A DNA stretch of 54,436 nt. It comes from Deltaproteobacteria bacterium. Lineage in GTDB: Bacteria; Desulfobacterota; Binatia; UBA9968. The notes below the pieces were generated by a model. That model did no database searches. It was not told the DNA's origin and worked only from the letters and a program-made list of their open reading frames with translations. Numbering within the stretch: position 1 is the stretch's first letter; every line of letters starts with the position of its first letter. Position numbers and translations under genes: made by a program. Positions 39,174 through 49,846 of the stretch are shown here, piece after piece. The stretch is from assembly GCA_016180805.1 (NCBI GenBank), contig JACPAM010000112.1, positions 1 through 54,436 of the forward strand, written 5' to 3'.

Positions 39174-39923
39174 TCACCACATGATGGCGCCGCCGTTGAC
39201 GATGACCATCTGACCCGTGACAAACCTGGCCGCGTCGCTGGCGAGAAAGATAGCCGGTCCCACGAGGTCCTCCGTTTGTCCGATGCGACCGAGAGGGATC
39301 TTCGCCGCCATCGCATAGAGTTCTTCTTCCGTTCGATGTCCGCGGGGCTGAGCCGTGTCCGTCACTCCCGGGCAGATCGCATTGACCGTGACGCCATACG
39401 GCGCGACCTCCAGGGCCAGCGCCTTGGTAAAGCCGATGATTCCCGCTTTGGACGCCGCATAATGAGCCCCCTCGACCGCCCCTTGCAGTGCTCGCCCCGA
39501 AGCGATGTTGATGATCCTTCCGGCGCGTTGTTTCAGGAAGGCCGGCACCACCGCTTTCGAGCACAGAAAAGTGCCGGTCAGGTTTGTTCCGATAACGCGA
39601 TCCCAGAGCTCTTCCGCCATCTCCTCGATCGGAGAGACCGGGTAAATGCCCGCGTTATTAACCAGAATGTCGACCCGCCCGAACTCTTTTATGCTTTGTT
39701 CGACCATGGCGTTGACGGAGTCTTCCCGTGAGACATCGGTGGGAATCGCGGATGCTTTTCCTCCCAGCCCTTCGACGTCGCTTTTTACCTGTAACCCGTT
39801 GGCTTCGCCTATTTCGGCGATCACTACGGCCGCTCCCTCCCGGGCCATTCCCAAGGCGATCGCCTTTCCTATCCCTTGTCCCGAACCCGTGATGATGGCT
39901 ACGCGCCCTTCAAGCCGCTTCAT
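39174..39923 (-). CDS. SDR-family oxidoreductase (FabG-like)
   Basis: VAIITGSGQGIGKAIA, NNAG, and YAASKAG. Confidence 0.9.
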   Translation of the reverse strand: MKRLEGRVAIITGSGQGIGKAIALGMAREGAAVVIAEIGEANGLQVKSDVEGLGGKASAIPTDVSREDSVNAMVEQSIKEFGRVDILVNNAGIYPVSPIEEMAEELWDRVIGTNLTGTFLCSKAVVPAFLKQRAGRIINIASGRALQGAVEGAHYAASKAGIIGFTKALALEVAPYGVTVNAICPGVTDTAQPRGHRTEEELYAMAAKIPLGRIGQTEDLVGPAIFLASDAARFVTGQMVIVNGGAIMW

Positions 39924-41936
39924 CGATCCTCCCTGCGCGTCATGCCGCTTGCGCCAACAGATTTTAGCGCCTCAAGCACCTTTTCTGCCGTCACCGGCAG
40001 GGACTTGATCCGCACTCCGACGGCGTCGTGGACGGCGTTCGCGATGGCTGCCGCGGTCGGCATGATCGCGGTCTCCCCTATGCTCCTGGCGGACTTTCAC
40101 CTCTCCGGTCTCGGGGTCCACTTCCACTTCGGCGACTTGCGTGACCGTGGACGATTCAGGGCCATCGGCCATGTTGCTGTAGTGTCCCTCAGCGACAATG
40201 GGCGCTCCCTTGGCCCGAACGATCTCACCAAAGGAAAGTTTCTTTTCTGCCCTGCCGTGGGTCACCCCGCCCTCACGGAGGATAAGCTGATCGGGCGGAG
40301 CCTCCATGAGCACGCTTGCGACCTTAAGAATCTCTTCCTTCGCTTTCTTCGCGGCTTCGTAAGCCGCACTTCCGTGCACCCGCGTACTGCTACTGCCTCG
40401 CACGCCTGTATCCATCACTACCTTAGAAGTATCGAGCGCCTGCACTCGAACCGAATCGAGGGGAATTTTTAGCTCCTCGGCCACGATCTGCTGCATGATC
40501 GTATACGCCCCCGGCCCGACATCCATGACGGCAGCCGAAAGCGTGACGCTTCCGTCTTTATCGATCCCTACGTAAGCGTAGGATTCACCGCCCTTGGAGA
40601 CCCACTGGGCGACGGCTACACCGCGGCCCACGTTCTTGGGCTTGGGACGCTTATACCCGGAGACTTCCAGTGCTTTATCCAGGGTCTCTTCGATCTTCAC
40701 GTGGGAAATTATATGCCCCAAAGGAGAATCGTCACCGTCATGCATGAAGTTGAGCCTACGGAATTCGGTCGGATCCATCCCGAGCTCCTTGGCGACGAGA
40801 TCCATCTGGCCTTCGTTGGCGAAAACGCCCTGGGTGAAGCCAGGCGACCGCATGTAACCGCAGGGCGTCTTGTTCGTATAGACATAATCCTCTTGGACAA
40901 GCACGTGGGGAATTCTATAAGGGCCCACGGACTCGTGCGCGCCCACGAGAAACCCTTGTGGCCGATAAGATCCGTAGGCGCCGCTGTCGAAGGCGAACCG
41001 GATGTGCTGGGCTACCATCTTGCCGTTCTTGTTTACCCCGCTCCGGATCGTGATCACTGCGGCATGGCGCGGATTGCCAGCGATGAATTCCTCGCTGTAG
41101 TCCACTACCATCTTTACCGGGCAGCCGCTTTTTTTGGACAGGACGTAACATAAGGCGATATCGTTGCTGTCGCCCTTGCCGCCAAAATCACCGCCAACGT
41201 AACAGGGATGGACAACGAGTTTAGCAGGAGGCACCTTGAGCGCGGCGCCGATCTGCGCGCGCAGGGCGAAGGGACTCTTGGTTGAAGCCCAGATTTGTGC
41301 GCCTCCCCCTTCGTTGACCTTCACGAGAAAAGCGTGCGGCTCGATATAACCCTGGTGGGCCATGGAGGTGCGGAAGGTGTTCTCAATGATCCGATCCGAT
41401 TGCCTGAAGCCTTCTTCCACGTTGCCTTTCTTCCATTCAAGATGCACAAAGACATTGCTCGGTTCTCTAATCTCGTGCAGCAGGCCGGTGTAACTGGCTA
41501 GCTCCGGGTGTAGAATCGGCGCCGATGGCTTCAGCGCTTCCAGGAGATCCGCGACAGGCTCCAATTCTTCGTATTCAACCTCGATCAATTCAAGCGCCTG
41601 CTCCGCAATCTCTTCACTCTCCGCGGCCACCGCCGCCACCTTTTCGCCGATGAAGCGCACAACATCGTCGGCCACAATCGGCATGTCGATGATTTTTTTC
41701 CCGATCCTGGAGCCTCTCACGTCCTGGCCGGTAATCACCGCCTTGACCCCAGAGAGCTCCTCGGCTTTGCGGGTATCGATTCGCTTAATGCGACCGTGGG
41801 GAATAGGGCTCCGCAAAGCTTTCACCCAGAGCAGTCCGGGGAGTAGCTTATCCGCGGCGTAAGCTGCCCGCCCGGAGACCTTTTCCTCTCCTTCAACCCT
41901 CGGAGCGGGCATTCCCAACACGTGGCTTTCCTTCAT
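39920..41936 (-). pseudogene. xanthine dehydrogenase/aldehyde oxidase family molybdopterin-binding subunit with internal deletion and frameshift near the 3' end
   Basis: The N-terminal 600 aa are typical (RVEGEEKVSGRAAYAADK ... VGGDFGGKG ... YMRSPGF). After DPETGEVKV the frame degenerates into an Arg-rich tail. The true C-terminus (SIGETAIMPTAAAIANAVHDAVGVRIKSLPVTAEKV) is in another frame and ends in an ATGA overlap with the SDR gene. About 90 aa between the two parts are missing. Confidence 0.7.
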
Positions 41937-42279
41937 CGCTTCACCTCTAAAAGTGAGTGTTTGTTGTGAAAAGTCGAAGGCAACATCTAAACAAAAGGCA
42001 AGCGGCTGTCAAGTATCGGTAGGCTCTGCAGGGTCTCCTCGGCGGGAAGGTTCGTTCAGGGACCTGCCTCTCGCGCCGAAAGCAATAGGCCAGTGGTTTC
42101 TTTCCGCCGTTCAGTCTCGGTGCTTTCGGCTTGTTCGGCAGGCCCCCTCACTCATAGGAGATCGGCTTCGCAGAGACTTCCAGCGCCTCCGAGCCCATCT
42201 TCGCTCCGGGACCGGGAGTCCCTTGCCGGAGCCGAGAGCGCACTTCCCGAGGGAGCTTAGTCCATGGTCCGCCGGTCGT

Positions 42280-45200
42280 TTAATCTTCGGCGACGATACG
42301 CGGCTGCTGCCTGCTTAAAACTTCCCCGAGCTGGCCGATATCCACCGGTACTCCGTCCTTGTAGGCGATCACCTGATTCGAATATGGTGAGAGGCGTGCT
42401 CCCGGCGTGAGGATGCCGACGAGATTTAACGGATCGGCCGCAGAGACGATCACTGGGGTTGAATCGGCGGCGGAGCGGCGGACCTGGCGAAGCTTATCCA
42501 CCGCCTCCGCCAGCGCGTATTGCTCGCCGACGAACCCGCTGACGAAGCGCCCGCCGCGAATCTCGCCCCGGGCTTCGAGCCGCCGGTAAACCTCCATTAA
42601 GGCTCGCCACCGGGGAAGACGCGTTTCGCGCGCTAAAAGCTCGCGCATGACCACGCCGTAGCGCCTGAGAAGCTGGCGCGCTAAAAATTCCGTGGCGCTC
42701 CCTTGTTTCGCCGGTGCGTTGCAGAGCGTTTCTGGACGCCATAGCGACCAACGTCCAAGCGGCATCAGGCGCTCCGGCCCGCGCCCTCCGGAAATTAGCC
42801 GCAAACGTCTTCTTTTCCCTCGCCGTTTGATGTCCGGCGTGAGCAAGACGCGGAGCCCCGCGATTCCGTCGCCGGTAACCACCCCGCGGGCGACAAGCTC
42901 CCAGAGCGCCTCCTCCGCCTGGCTGTTCAACAATCCGGTGGCGCGCGCGATCTCGGTCAAAAACGACGCGCCGCGCTCTTCCAGGTAGCGCGCCACGTCC
43001 CGCGCGGCGGTTGAGAGATCGGGCAATTTTTCCCAGGTTAGCCTTTCCGACTCGGAAAAATAATCGAGATCTTCCCGCAGCACAAAGGCGATCGGTGCGA
43101 CCCTGGTCGGAAGTCTCATCCGGTGAGCCTTTGGCTGCGATCCGCTCGCTGTCTCATCTGCGGCTTTCAGGGCGCTGTCCGAACGGAGCCTGCCCCAGGC
43201 AACGGCACCGCCGAGGCAGAGCTCCTCCAGGTGTGACGGATCATAGTCGGCGATCCGGGAGGGAAGAACATGTTCCTCCCAGGCGGTTGCGGGAAGCTCC
43301 AACCCTTGGAGCTGGCCGATCACTGCCAGAATCCCCTCCCGTCCCCGCAGCCGCGCTGAGGGTGGGACATGCTGCCAGGCGAGGAGAAACCGGATAAAGT
43401 CAGCCGGGGTTACCGGCTGGATTTCCCGCCTAAGCTGCCCCAGGGTCAAGCGATGGATCCGGGCAAGAAGCACCCGCTCGCACCACTCGACTCCCCCTTC
43501 GCGGGTTTGTCCGGGCGTGAACTGGCCGCGTAGCACGACTCCGGAGGCTTCGAGGGAGAAGAGCGCCCGCTCGACCTGTCCTTCAGAGAGCCCGAGACTA
43601 TGCGCAAGATGAGATGCGGTAGCAGGCCCCGTAACTTCCAGCCACCCTTGGATCACCCGGCGTGTGGCCTCTTCTTCGGTTATGGCGCCGCCATCTTTTT
43701 CAAGCACAAAGGTGATCCGGGGCTCAAAAACCGCCTCCGGGAAGATTGCCCGCGCCCAATGAAGCCTTTCAGCGGCAACGTAAGCGCGTCTCTCCTCTCC
43801 ACCGGTAGGCGACCGCCATCGCATGACGGTCGCCCTCCCTGCCCCGATCAGCTCCCCAGCCATCGATGACCACTGTTCGTCCAGCGCCGGGAGAATACCC
43901 ACGCTCAGCAGGAAGTCATGGAGCTCATCGGCGTCCCGGATGTCCGGCTTGGCCTGGCTTCGGACTTCATCGATCGCCTCCGGGCTCAAGGCCCCGACAC
44001 CGAGCGCAAGCTCGGGATCGATGCGCCTGAGCGAGACGGCTCTTGCCCTCCTCTCTTCCAGCGGAGCGTCATCGAGGAAGGCGTAAGGGTTGGCATTTAA
44101 AATCTCGTGGGCCATGGGCGAGGGCGCAGGGGTGTCCACGGCGATCAGGCGGATATTTGCGCGCTCGATTTTTCGCAGGAGGGCTTTGAGGCCATCCAGG
44201 TCCATCGCTTCATGCAGGCAGTCCTTTATGGTTTCGTTGACGAGCGTGTGGTCTGGCAGCTCCACGGGACCTGAACGGTTGTCCTGGCACATGACCTGCT
44301 CGGGAAAAACCGCGGCGAGAAGCTCTTCCGCGCGGATCCGCTGAATGGCCATGGGCACCTTCTTTCCGCCGCTCTGGCGCACAAGCGCCAGTGCCCGAGT
44401 GGCGTTCCAGCGCCACCGGTTCGTGAACATCGGGGAGGCCAGCGCGGCCTGGATCAGATCCCTCTCCACGACGGAGGAGCCGACAAAGGAAAAAACATCT
44501 TCCAACGGGAAAGAATGCTGCTCGGCCAAGGAAATCACCACGCCATCATCCGTGGCGGCGGCCTGGAGTTCCCGGTCGAAGCTCACGCAGAAGCGTTTTC
44601 TCAGAGCCAATCCCCAGGCCCGGTTGATCCTGCCACCGGCTGGGGAGTGCAAAACCAGTTGCATCCCGCCGGCCTCATCGAAAAAGCGTTCGGCAACCAG
44701 TGTTTCCATCGTGGGAACGCAGCCTAAGACCGCTCGGGTATCCCGAATGTAGGCGACGACCTGTTCGGCTCCTTCTGGCGGGCAACCGGTCTCAGTCGCA
44801 AACCAGTGGATCGCGGCAGAAGATTCATCCAGGCGAGATTCGATCTCTTTTCGCAGCTCGGAGACCGCCGCCGAAAGCTCCCACGTCCGAGCGGGCGCCT
44901 CCCCCAACCAGAAAGGAATGTTCGGCGGGAGCCCCTGAGCGTCCTCCACCCAGACTCTGCCGGCCGAGACCCGCCGGATCCGCCAGGAGCGATTGCCTAA
45001 AAGAAATATGTCGCCGGCCAGGCTCTCGATCGCAAAATCTTCGTTGACCTTCCCGATAAAAGTCTCGGCGGGTAGTTCGATGACGTCGTAATCCGCCGTG
45101 TCCGGGATCGCCCCGCCGTTGGTAACGGCGATGAGCCTCGCTCCCCGCCGGGCCCTGATCCTTCGGTGGACCAGATCGCGCTGAAGGTAAGCGCCCCTTC

Positions 45201-46647
45201 GCCCGCGCCGCGCCGCGATGCCGTCCGAGAGCATCTCGAGGAGGGCCGCGTACTCTTCTACTAGGAGGTTCCGGTAAGGGTAGGCTTTGCGAATCAGGGA
45301 AAAGAGATCCTCCTCTCGGATTCCGGCGGCCCCTTCACCGAAAAGGGAGAGTTGCTTTTTCGATCGCGGCGTCAGGCTCGCCGCCGTTGCCACGATTTGC
45401 TGGGCGAGAACATCGAGCGGCTTCTCCGGAACGCTCACGGAGTCCAGCTCGCCCCCGCGCGCGGCTCGAATCGCAGCCATGCACTGGAGCAGGTCATCGC
45501 GGGTGAGCGGATAGAGGATGCCTTTGGGAATCGCGCCGAGACCATGGCCGGAGCGCCCGACGCGCTGGAGCAGGATCGCCAGGGTGCGGGGAGATCCGAT
45601 ATGGCAAACCAGATCCACATGTCCGATATCGATGCCGAGCTCGAGGGAGGCCGTTGCGACGACGACCGGAAGCGCTCCCGATTTGAGCTTCTCTTCGACA
45701 TCCAAGCGGGTCGTCCGGGAGAGGCTCCCATGATGGGCGCCGACTTTCCCTTCGCCAACGCGAGAGCTCAGGTGGTGAGAGACCCGTTCCACGAGCCTTC
45801 GGGTATTCACGAAAACGAGCGTCGTGCGGTGCGCCTTGACGCGGGCGGCGATACGGTCATAAATCCCAGCCCAGATCTCATGCCTCGTGATTGGCCCCAG
45901 CTCCAGCTCCGGAAGCTCGATGGAAAGATCGAGGGAGCGACGATGACCGAAGTCCACGATGGCGCAATCGGGCTGTCCATCGGGCAGAAGACCACCTGTG
46001 CCGACCAAGAGACGGGCGATCTCTTGGATCGGTTTTTGCGTCGCGCTGAGGCCGATCCGTTGCAGCCGCCTTCCCGCCAGGGCTTCGAGTCTCTCCAGCG
46101 TAAGCGCCAAATGCGCGCCGCGCTTATTTCCTGCTACCGCATGAATTTCGTCGACAATGACGGTGTGGGCGCGCTTGAGAAAGTCGCGGCTTCGCTCCGC
46201 CGTGAGCAGGATATAGAGGGACTCGGGCGTGGTGATCAGTATATGAGGCGGCCTTCGCACCATGGAGGTGCGCTCTCGTGCGGGCGTATCCCCGGAGCGC
46301 ACCGCCACTCGGATCGGCGGAAGGCTAAGCCGTTCGGCTTCAGCGAGCCTGCGAATCCCGGCGAGCGGCTCTTTCAGATTTTTCTCGATGTCGTTTCCGA
46401 GGGCTTTGAGCGGGGAGACATAAACGACCTGGGTTTCGTCGGGGAGCTTTGCTTCGAGTCCCTGCCGTACGAGGCGGTCGATGGACCACAGGAAAGCGGC
46501 GAGGGTCTTTCCGGAGCCCGTGGGAGCCGAGATCAATGTGGCTCTTCCCCGCGCGATCTCTTGCCATCCCATCTCCTGCGGCGGCGTCGGCGCAGAGAAT
46601 CGCTCCGCAAACCAGCGCCAAACCAGAGGATGAAAGGGAATTTTCAC
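42280..46647 (-). CDS. lhr: Lhr-family large ATP-dependent helicase
   Basis: ISAPTGSGKTLAAF, VIVDEIHA, and a long C-terminal extension. The total of 1455 aa is typical of Lhr. Confidence 0.92.
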   Translation of the reverse strand: MKIPFHPLVWRWFAERFSAPTPPQEMGWQEIARGRATLISAPTGSGKTLAAFLWSIDRLVRQGLEAKLPDETQVVYVSPLKALGNDIEKNLKEPLAGIRRLAEAERLSLPPIRVAVRSGDTPARERTSMVRRPPHILITTPESLYILLTAERSRDFLKRAHTVIVDEIHAVAGNKRGAHLALTLERLEALAGRRLQRIGLSATQKPIQEIARLLVGTGGLLPDGQPDCAIVDFGHRRSLDLSIELPELELGPITRHEIWAGIYDRIAARVKAHRTTLVFVNTRRLVERVSHHLSSRVGEGKVGAHHGSLSRTTRLDVEEKLKSGALPVVVATASLELGIDIGHVDLVCHIGSPRTLAILLQRVGRSGHGLGAIPKGILYPLTRDDLLQCMAAIRAARGGELDSVSVPEKPLDVLAQQIVATAASLTPRSKKQLSLFGEGAAGIREEDLFSLIRKAYPYRNLLVEEYAALLEMLSDGIAARRGRRGAYLQRDLVHRRIRARRGARLIAVTNGGAIPDTADYDVIELPAETFIGKVNEDFAIESLAGDIFLLGNRSWRIRRVSAGRVWVEDAQGLPPNIPFWLGEAPARTWELSAAVSELRKEIESRLDESSAAIHWFATETGCPPEGAEQVVAYIRDTRAVLGCVPTMETLVAERFFDEAGGMQLVLHSPAGGRINRAWGLALRKRFCVSFDRELQAAATDDGVVISLAEQHSFPLEDVFSFVGSSVVERDLIQAALASPMFTNRWRWNATRALALVRQSGGKKVPMAIQRIRAEELLAAVFPEQVMCQDNRSGPVELPDHTLVNETIKDCLHEAMDLDGLKALLRKIERANIRLIAVDTPAPSPMAHEILNANPYAFLDDAPLEERRARAVSLRRIDPELALGVGALSPEAIDEVRSQAKPDIRDADELHDFLLSVGILPALDEQWSSMAGELIGAGRATVMRWRSPTGGEERRAYVAAERLHWARAIFPEAVFEPRITFVLEKDGGAITEEEATRRVIQGWLEVTGPATASHLAHSLGLSEGQVERALFSLEASGVVLRGQFTPGQTREGGVEWCERVLLARIHRLTLGQLRREIQPVTPADFIRFLLAWQHVPPSARLRGREGILAVIGQLQGLELPATAWEEHVLPSRIADYDPSHLEELCLGGAVAWGRLRSDSALKAADETASGSQPKAHRMRLPTRVAPIAFVLREDLDYFSESERLTWEKLPDLSTAARDVARYLEERGASFLTEIARATGLLNSQAEEALWELVARGVVTGDGIAGLRVLLTPDIKRRGKRRRLRLISGGRGPERLMPLGRWSLWRPETLCNAPAKQGSATEFLARQLLRRYGVVMRELLARETRLPRWRALMEVYRRLEARGEIRGGRFVSGFVGEQYALAEAVDKLRQVRRSAADSTPVIVSAADPLNLVGILTPGARLSPYSNQVIAYKDGVPVDIGQLGEVLSRQQPRIVAED

Positions 46648-46817
46648 TAGAAAGATCGTTTACCATAACCCCCTCCCCCTTTTAAATACCTCTTTTGCAT
46701 TTTCACGGGTGATCGGGGTTGCCTTTTATTTTCTCGGGCCTTAATCTGTTGACCGGCGACGGCCTTGCTTCTTTCCGTCGTGCCTTGTAGACTTGGCTTA
46801 CCTGTAATGAGATAGCC

Positions 46818-47018
46818 ATGAAGAGAATCGTGATCACGTTGACCAATGCCGAAGTTTCAGGCGGGAGCAACGCTGAGATGGGGCTCAAGCTTGAGGATAT
46901 CATCCGCCAGAGCTTTCAGTGGTGGCACTCCCAGTTTGGCGAAAAAGATCCTCTTAAGCTTGATCACTGGCAGGTGGAATCGATAGAGGTTCAAGATATC
47001 AAAGCCGCTTCCCGTTAG
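46818..47018 (+). CDS. hypothetical small protein
   Basis: A 66-aa ORF with plausible soluble composition. There is no RBS and no family match. Confidence 0.25.
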   Translation: MKRIVITLTNAEVSGGSNAEMGLKLEDIIRQSFQWWHSQFGEKDPLKLDHWQVESIEVQDIKAASR

Positions 47019-47377
47019 CTTCGATTCCCCACCTCTCCCCAACGCGCCTTGCCCCTTTTGCCTGGCTCTACAACGCCTGCGCCGCTGCCTGCTTTGTTAT
47101 CTCCCCCCTGAGAAGCGCGTGGATAACCTTTGGTCATTACTTTGATCGTCCCGGTGTCATCTTCTATTTCGAAATACTTCACGACCAGAAGCGAGGCCCC
47201 GCCGGTAACGGTCCCGTAGATCGTGATTTCCTTGTTTTCGTAGTTCCGCGGGTGGTCGAGAATATCTTTGACCCTGGTGGCAGTAAGCTTCTTGACTCGC
47301 TCGCTAACTTGCTCGCAGCTTATAGAGAGAAACACGAGATAGATCAGGGGAAGGAAAAGGAGGGATCTTAGTCTCAT
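47015..47377 (-). CDS. putative lipoprotein with an OB-fold-like core
   Basis: A signal peptide ending LSISC is followed by KEITIYGTVTGGASLLVVKYFEIEDDTGTIKV. Confidence 0.45.
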   Translation of the reverse strand: MRLRSLLFLPLIYLVFLSISCEQVSERVKKLTATRVKDILDHPRNYENKEITIYGTVTGGASLLVVKYFEIEDDTGTIKVMTKGYPRASQGGDNKAGSGAGVVEPGKRGKARWGEVGNRS

Positions 47378-47391
47378 GGCGGGCAGCCCGT

Positions 47392-48015
47392 TCAGGCAAA
47401 GAAGGACCGAGCCAGTACCTCAAATCCCACTAGGACACCGGAGCGAACCTTCTCGCGCATCCCAACGCGCTTTCCGGCACCATATTTCCCTCCCACAAGA
47501 TGAAAGACCATCACCTCCCGCCGGTTCGGGTCCACTAGCCAGTACTCCTCTACTCCGTTAGCTTCGTAGATCCTCTTCTTCTCTATGCGATCTCGCCGGG
47601 CAGTAGCAGGAGAGAGGATTTCCACCACCAAGCTTGGCACGACCTTAAGGAATTGGCCCCGCCGCGCCTGGGGACCTCCGGCCCACCGCTCCTGAGAGAT
47701 GAAAGAAGCGTCGGGCTCAAGGGTATCTCCGGATGGAAAATCATACCCCGCGCTGGACCCGAAAACCTTCCCTAGGTTATGCCCTGCCACGAACTCTCCC
47801 AAGATTCGGATTACCCTGGCCTCGACCTCAGCGTGCTCCCAGCCGGCTGGAGGGGTCATAATAATTCTCCCGCTAGTGAGCTCATACCTGTTGATGTCTG
47901 CCATCGGGCGGTTCTGCACCCACTGCTTGAACACCCTCTGGGTAAACGTCTCAGTAGAGATAAACGCGGTTTCAGCGATCTTGAATGCCCCCGATTTCAT
48001 CGCCTTAGGCTCCAA
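47392..48015 (-). CDS. Uma2-family (DUF820) endonuclease
   Basis: YELTSGRIIMTPPAGWEH ... LEPDASFI ... PSLVVEILSPATARRDRIEKKRIYEANGVEEYWLVDP. Confidence 0.85.
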   Translation of the reverse strand: MEPKAMKSGAFKIAETAFISTETFTQRVFKQWVQNRPMADINRYELTSGRIIMTPPAGWEHAEVEARVIRILGEFVAGHNLGKVFGSSAGYDFPSGDTLEPDASFISQERWAGGPQARRGQFLKVVPSLVVEILSPATARRDRIEKKRIYEANGVEEYWLVDPNRREVMVFHLVGGKYGAGKRVGMREKVRSGVLVGFEVLARSFFA

Positions 48016-48096
48016 TCGCCTCGACTTTTAACCAGCGTCGAGGTTCGACCATCGTTTCTTTCATCTTTTAGCACCGGGCCGGTTCTTCCGCAAACC

Positions 48097-48336
48097 TCAA
48101 AACGGCGATATTCCCCCGGCTTCAAGATTGATTTTCTGCGCGACCCGGTAGGCGTCAACGATACCCCAGATCCATAAAATAGGCGTGGTGATAAACCCAA
48201 TGACGATCCACATCATCACCCAGGAAATAAAGTAAGCCACCAGAAAAACCAGTCCCTTTAAGATCTGGCCATTATAAATCTGCCCCGATCCACAGAAAAA
48301 GAACGAAAGAACAGCCGCCAAACCGGGGCTTTTCAT
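48097..48336 (-). CDS. small two-helix membrane protein (CGxGQIYNGQ motif), copy 1
   Basis: MKSPGLAAVLSFFFCGSGQIYNGQILKGLVFLVAYFISWVMMWIVIGFITTPILWIWGIVDAYRV. A paralogue lies at 49114. Confidence 0.6.
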   Translation of the reverse strand: MKSPGLAAVLSFFFCGSGQIYNGQILKGLVFLVAYFISWVMMWIVIGFITTPILWIWGIVDAYRVAQKINLEAGGISPF

Positions 48337-48419
48337 GCTAGCTGAATACTTCAGAAAAAAATCTTGCAATTGGGCTGTCTGGCTTGACCCAGCAAACCGA
48401 GAAGCCGGAGGAGATAGTG

Positions 48420-48587
48420 TCAAAGCCTTCCTAGCATTGCTTTCTCCGCTGCTTGCTGAGCCAGGAAACACTGATCCTCCCGAAAGGCGCCTTCGGCCTT
48501 GGCCTGCTTGGCAAGCGCAAGGTTCCCTTTGGCGCGGGTGAGCCAGTCTAGCGGACTTCCCGGAATGATTTTATCCGGAGGAATGAT
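48420..48587 (-). pseudogene. HEPN-domain toxin stub (partner of the MNT gene)
   Basis: DWLTRAKGNLALAKQAKAEGAFREDQCFLAQQAAEKAMLG matches the first two HEPN helices. There is no ATG, and a stop follows after about 55 codons. Confidence 0.5.
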
Positions 48588-48903
48588 AAAGCTCCCTTCC
48601 TTCCTCTAGCGCGTTCTTTATAATCAAATAAGGATTGGATCCGTGCTCCCGGATATCGCTTTCCGTGACGACAACGATATCCTTGGCAAAACCGACTCCC
48701 CACATGCGGCGATAGATTTCTTGCGCGGTTCTGCGCCGGTGCGTGCCATCCGGCATGACCACTAACAGATCAAGGTCGCTGTGGCGACCCATCTCGCCTC
48801 GGGCGGCCGAACCAAAAAGGATGATGCGAAGAGGGTGAACCGCCTCGACGATCCGCCGAACCAATTCGTCGATGACTTCGGGTTTAGGCTGTATTTCTAG
48901 CAT
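48571..48903 (-). CDS. nucleotidyltransferase-domain protein (MNT-type antitoxin)
   Basis: RIILFGSAARGEMGRHSDLDLLVVM. Confidence 0.85.
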   Translation of the reverse strand: MLEIQPKPEVIDELVRRIVEAVHPLRIILFGSAARGEMGRHSDLDLLVVMPDGTHRRRTAQEIYRRMWGVGFAKDIVVVTESDIREHGSNPYLIIKNALEEGRELYHSSG

Positions 48904-49113
48904 CCTGAGATAAACAATACTCCTTTAGCTGGGGGCTCGCAATCATTCCCCTTCCGGGTCCCTCCCAGTATCCCCGCAATATTTACCCTCCTCTTCCTCT
49001 TCAAACCTCCGTATCATTCTTGTCTCGGACCACAATCCAGCGCTTTGTGCCGATCTCAATGATGGTCGATGCACCTAAAATGCGGAAATACCTCCTGCCT
49101 GAGCATTGATTCT

Positions 49114-49314
49114 CTATGTGACTCGGTAGGCATCAACGATCCCCCAGATCCACATAATCGGAGTAGTGACAAACCCGATGACGATCCACATCATCAGCCA
49201 TGAAATGAAATACGCAACGAGGAGAATAAGGCCCTTTAAGATCTGGCCATTGTAAATTTGACCAAGACCGCAAATAAAAAACGAGAGCACCGCCACCAGC
49301 CCAGGGCTTTTCAT
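49114..49314 (-). CDS. small two-helix membrane protein, copy 2 (C-terminally shorter)
   Basis: MKSPGLVAVLSFFICGLGQIYNGQILKGLILLVAYFISWLMMWIVIGFVTTPIMWIWGIVDAYRVT. Confidence 0.55.
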   Translation of the reverse strand: MKSPGLVAVLSFFICGLGQIYNGQILKGLILLVAYFISWLMMWIVIGFVTTPIMWIWGIVDAYRVT

Positions 49315-49541
49315 AAGGTTGGAGCACGATCGAGTCCTCTGTAAGGAAGATCCGCAGCCGGGTAACCTCTAACTATGGACATCGAGCGACTTGACCCCCC
49401 CGTTATGTGGCGGCGGCACGTCTGTACGATGCCCCCCTGCTTACCGCGGCGGGCCCCCTCTCGAGGGCGCCCGCCCTGGGCATTGTCGTGCAGAACATAA
49501 GGCTGGGATAGATGCCGCGCGTCTCCAGGTCGTTCAGTTCT

Positions 49542-49778
49542 GTCGCGCCGTCCTCGCATTGTCACCCCTTCGATACGGCCCTTCGGGCCTACTCAGGACA
49601 GGCGGTGGATATCCAAGAAGCCACGAGCGAGCCTGCCGGCACGCAGACAGGCCTGGCATCCGCGTTGCCGAATATCGTCTGGTGATCAATCAGTGGCTCT
49701 GCCTTTATGGCCGCGGGGAGATAGACAGCGCTCCGAGGTCATGCCGTGGGTTACGTGAAAAGACCGCCCCTTTAAATT
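49542..49778. repeat. interspersed repeat, copy A (5' part diverged)
   Basis: The run gtcgcgccgtcctcgcatt ... ggcccttcgggcctactcaggaca ... ggcatccgcgttgc ... ccgaggtcatgccgtgggttacgtgaaaagac is shared with copies B and C in the same orientation. Confidence 0.8.
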
Positions 49779-49846
49779 TCCCCTATTTGACGCCGTTCCT
49801 TGGAAGTTGTAGGTTGAGTTAGGATAGCAGAAAGGAGAAAGTCTTT

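Noticed and set aside
41937-42279. Possible remnants of FeS/FAD subunit genes, or a promoter, upstream of the Mo-hydroxylase gene
   Set aside because: No frame shows recognisable subunit motifs. Only a weak TTGACA-17 nt-TAGATG match was found, which is not enough to call.
45352-46650. 432-aa plus-strand ORF
   Set aside because: It is antisense to the lhr helicase core.
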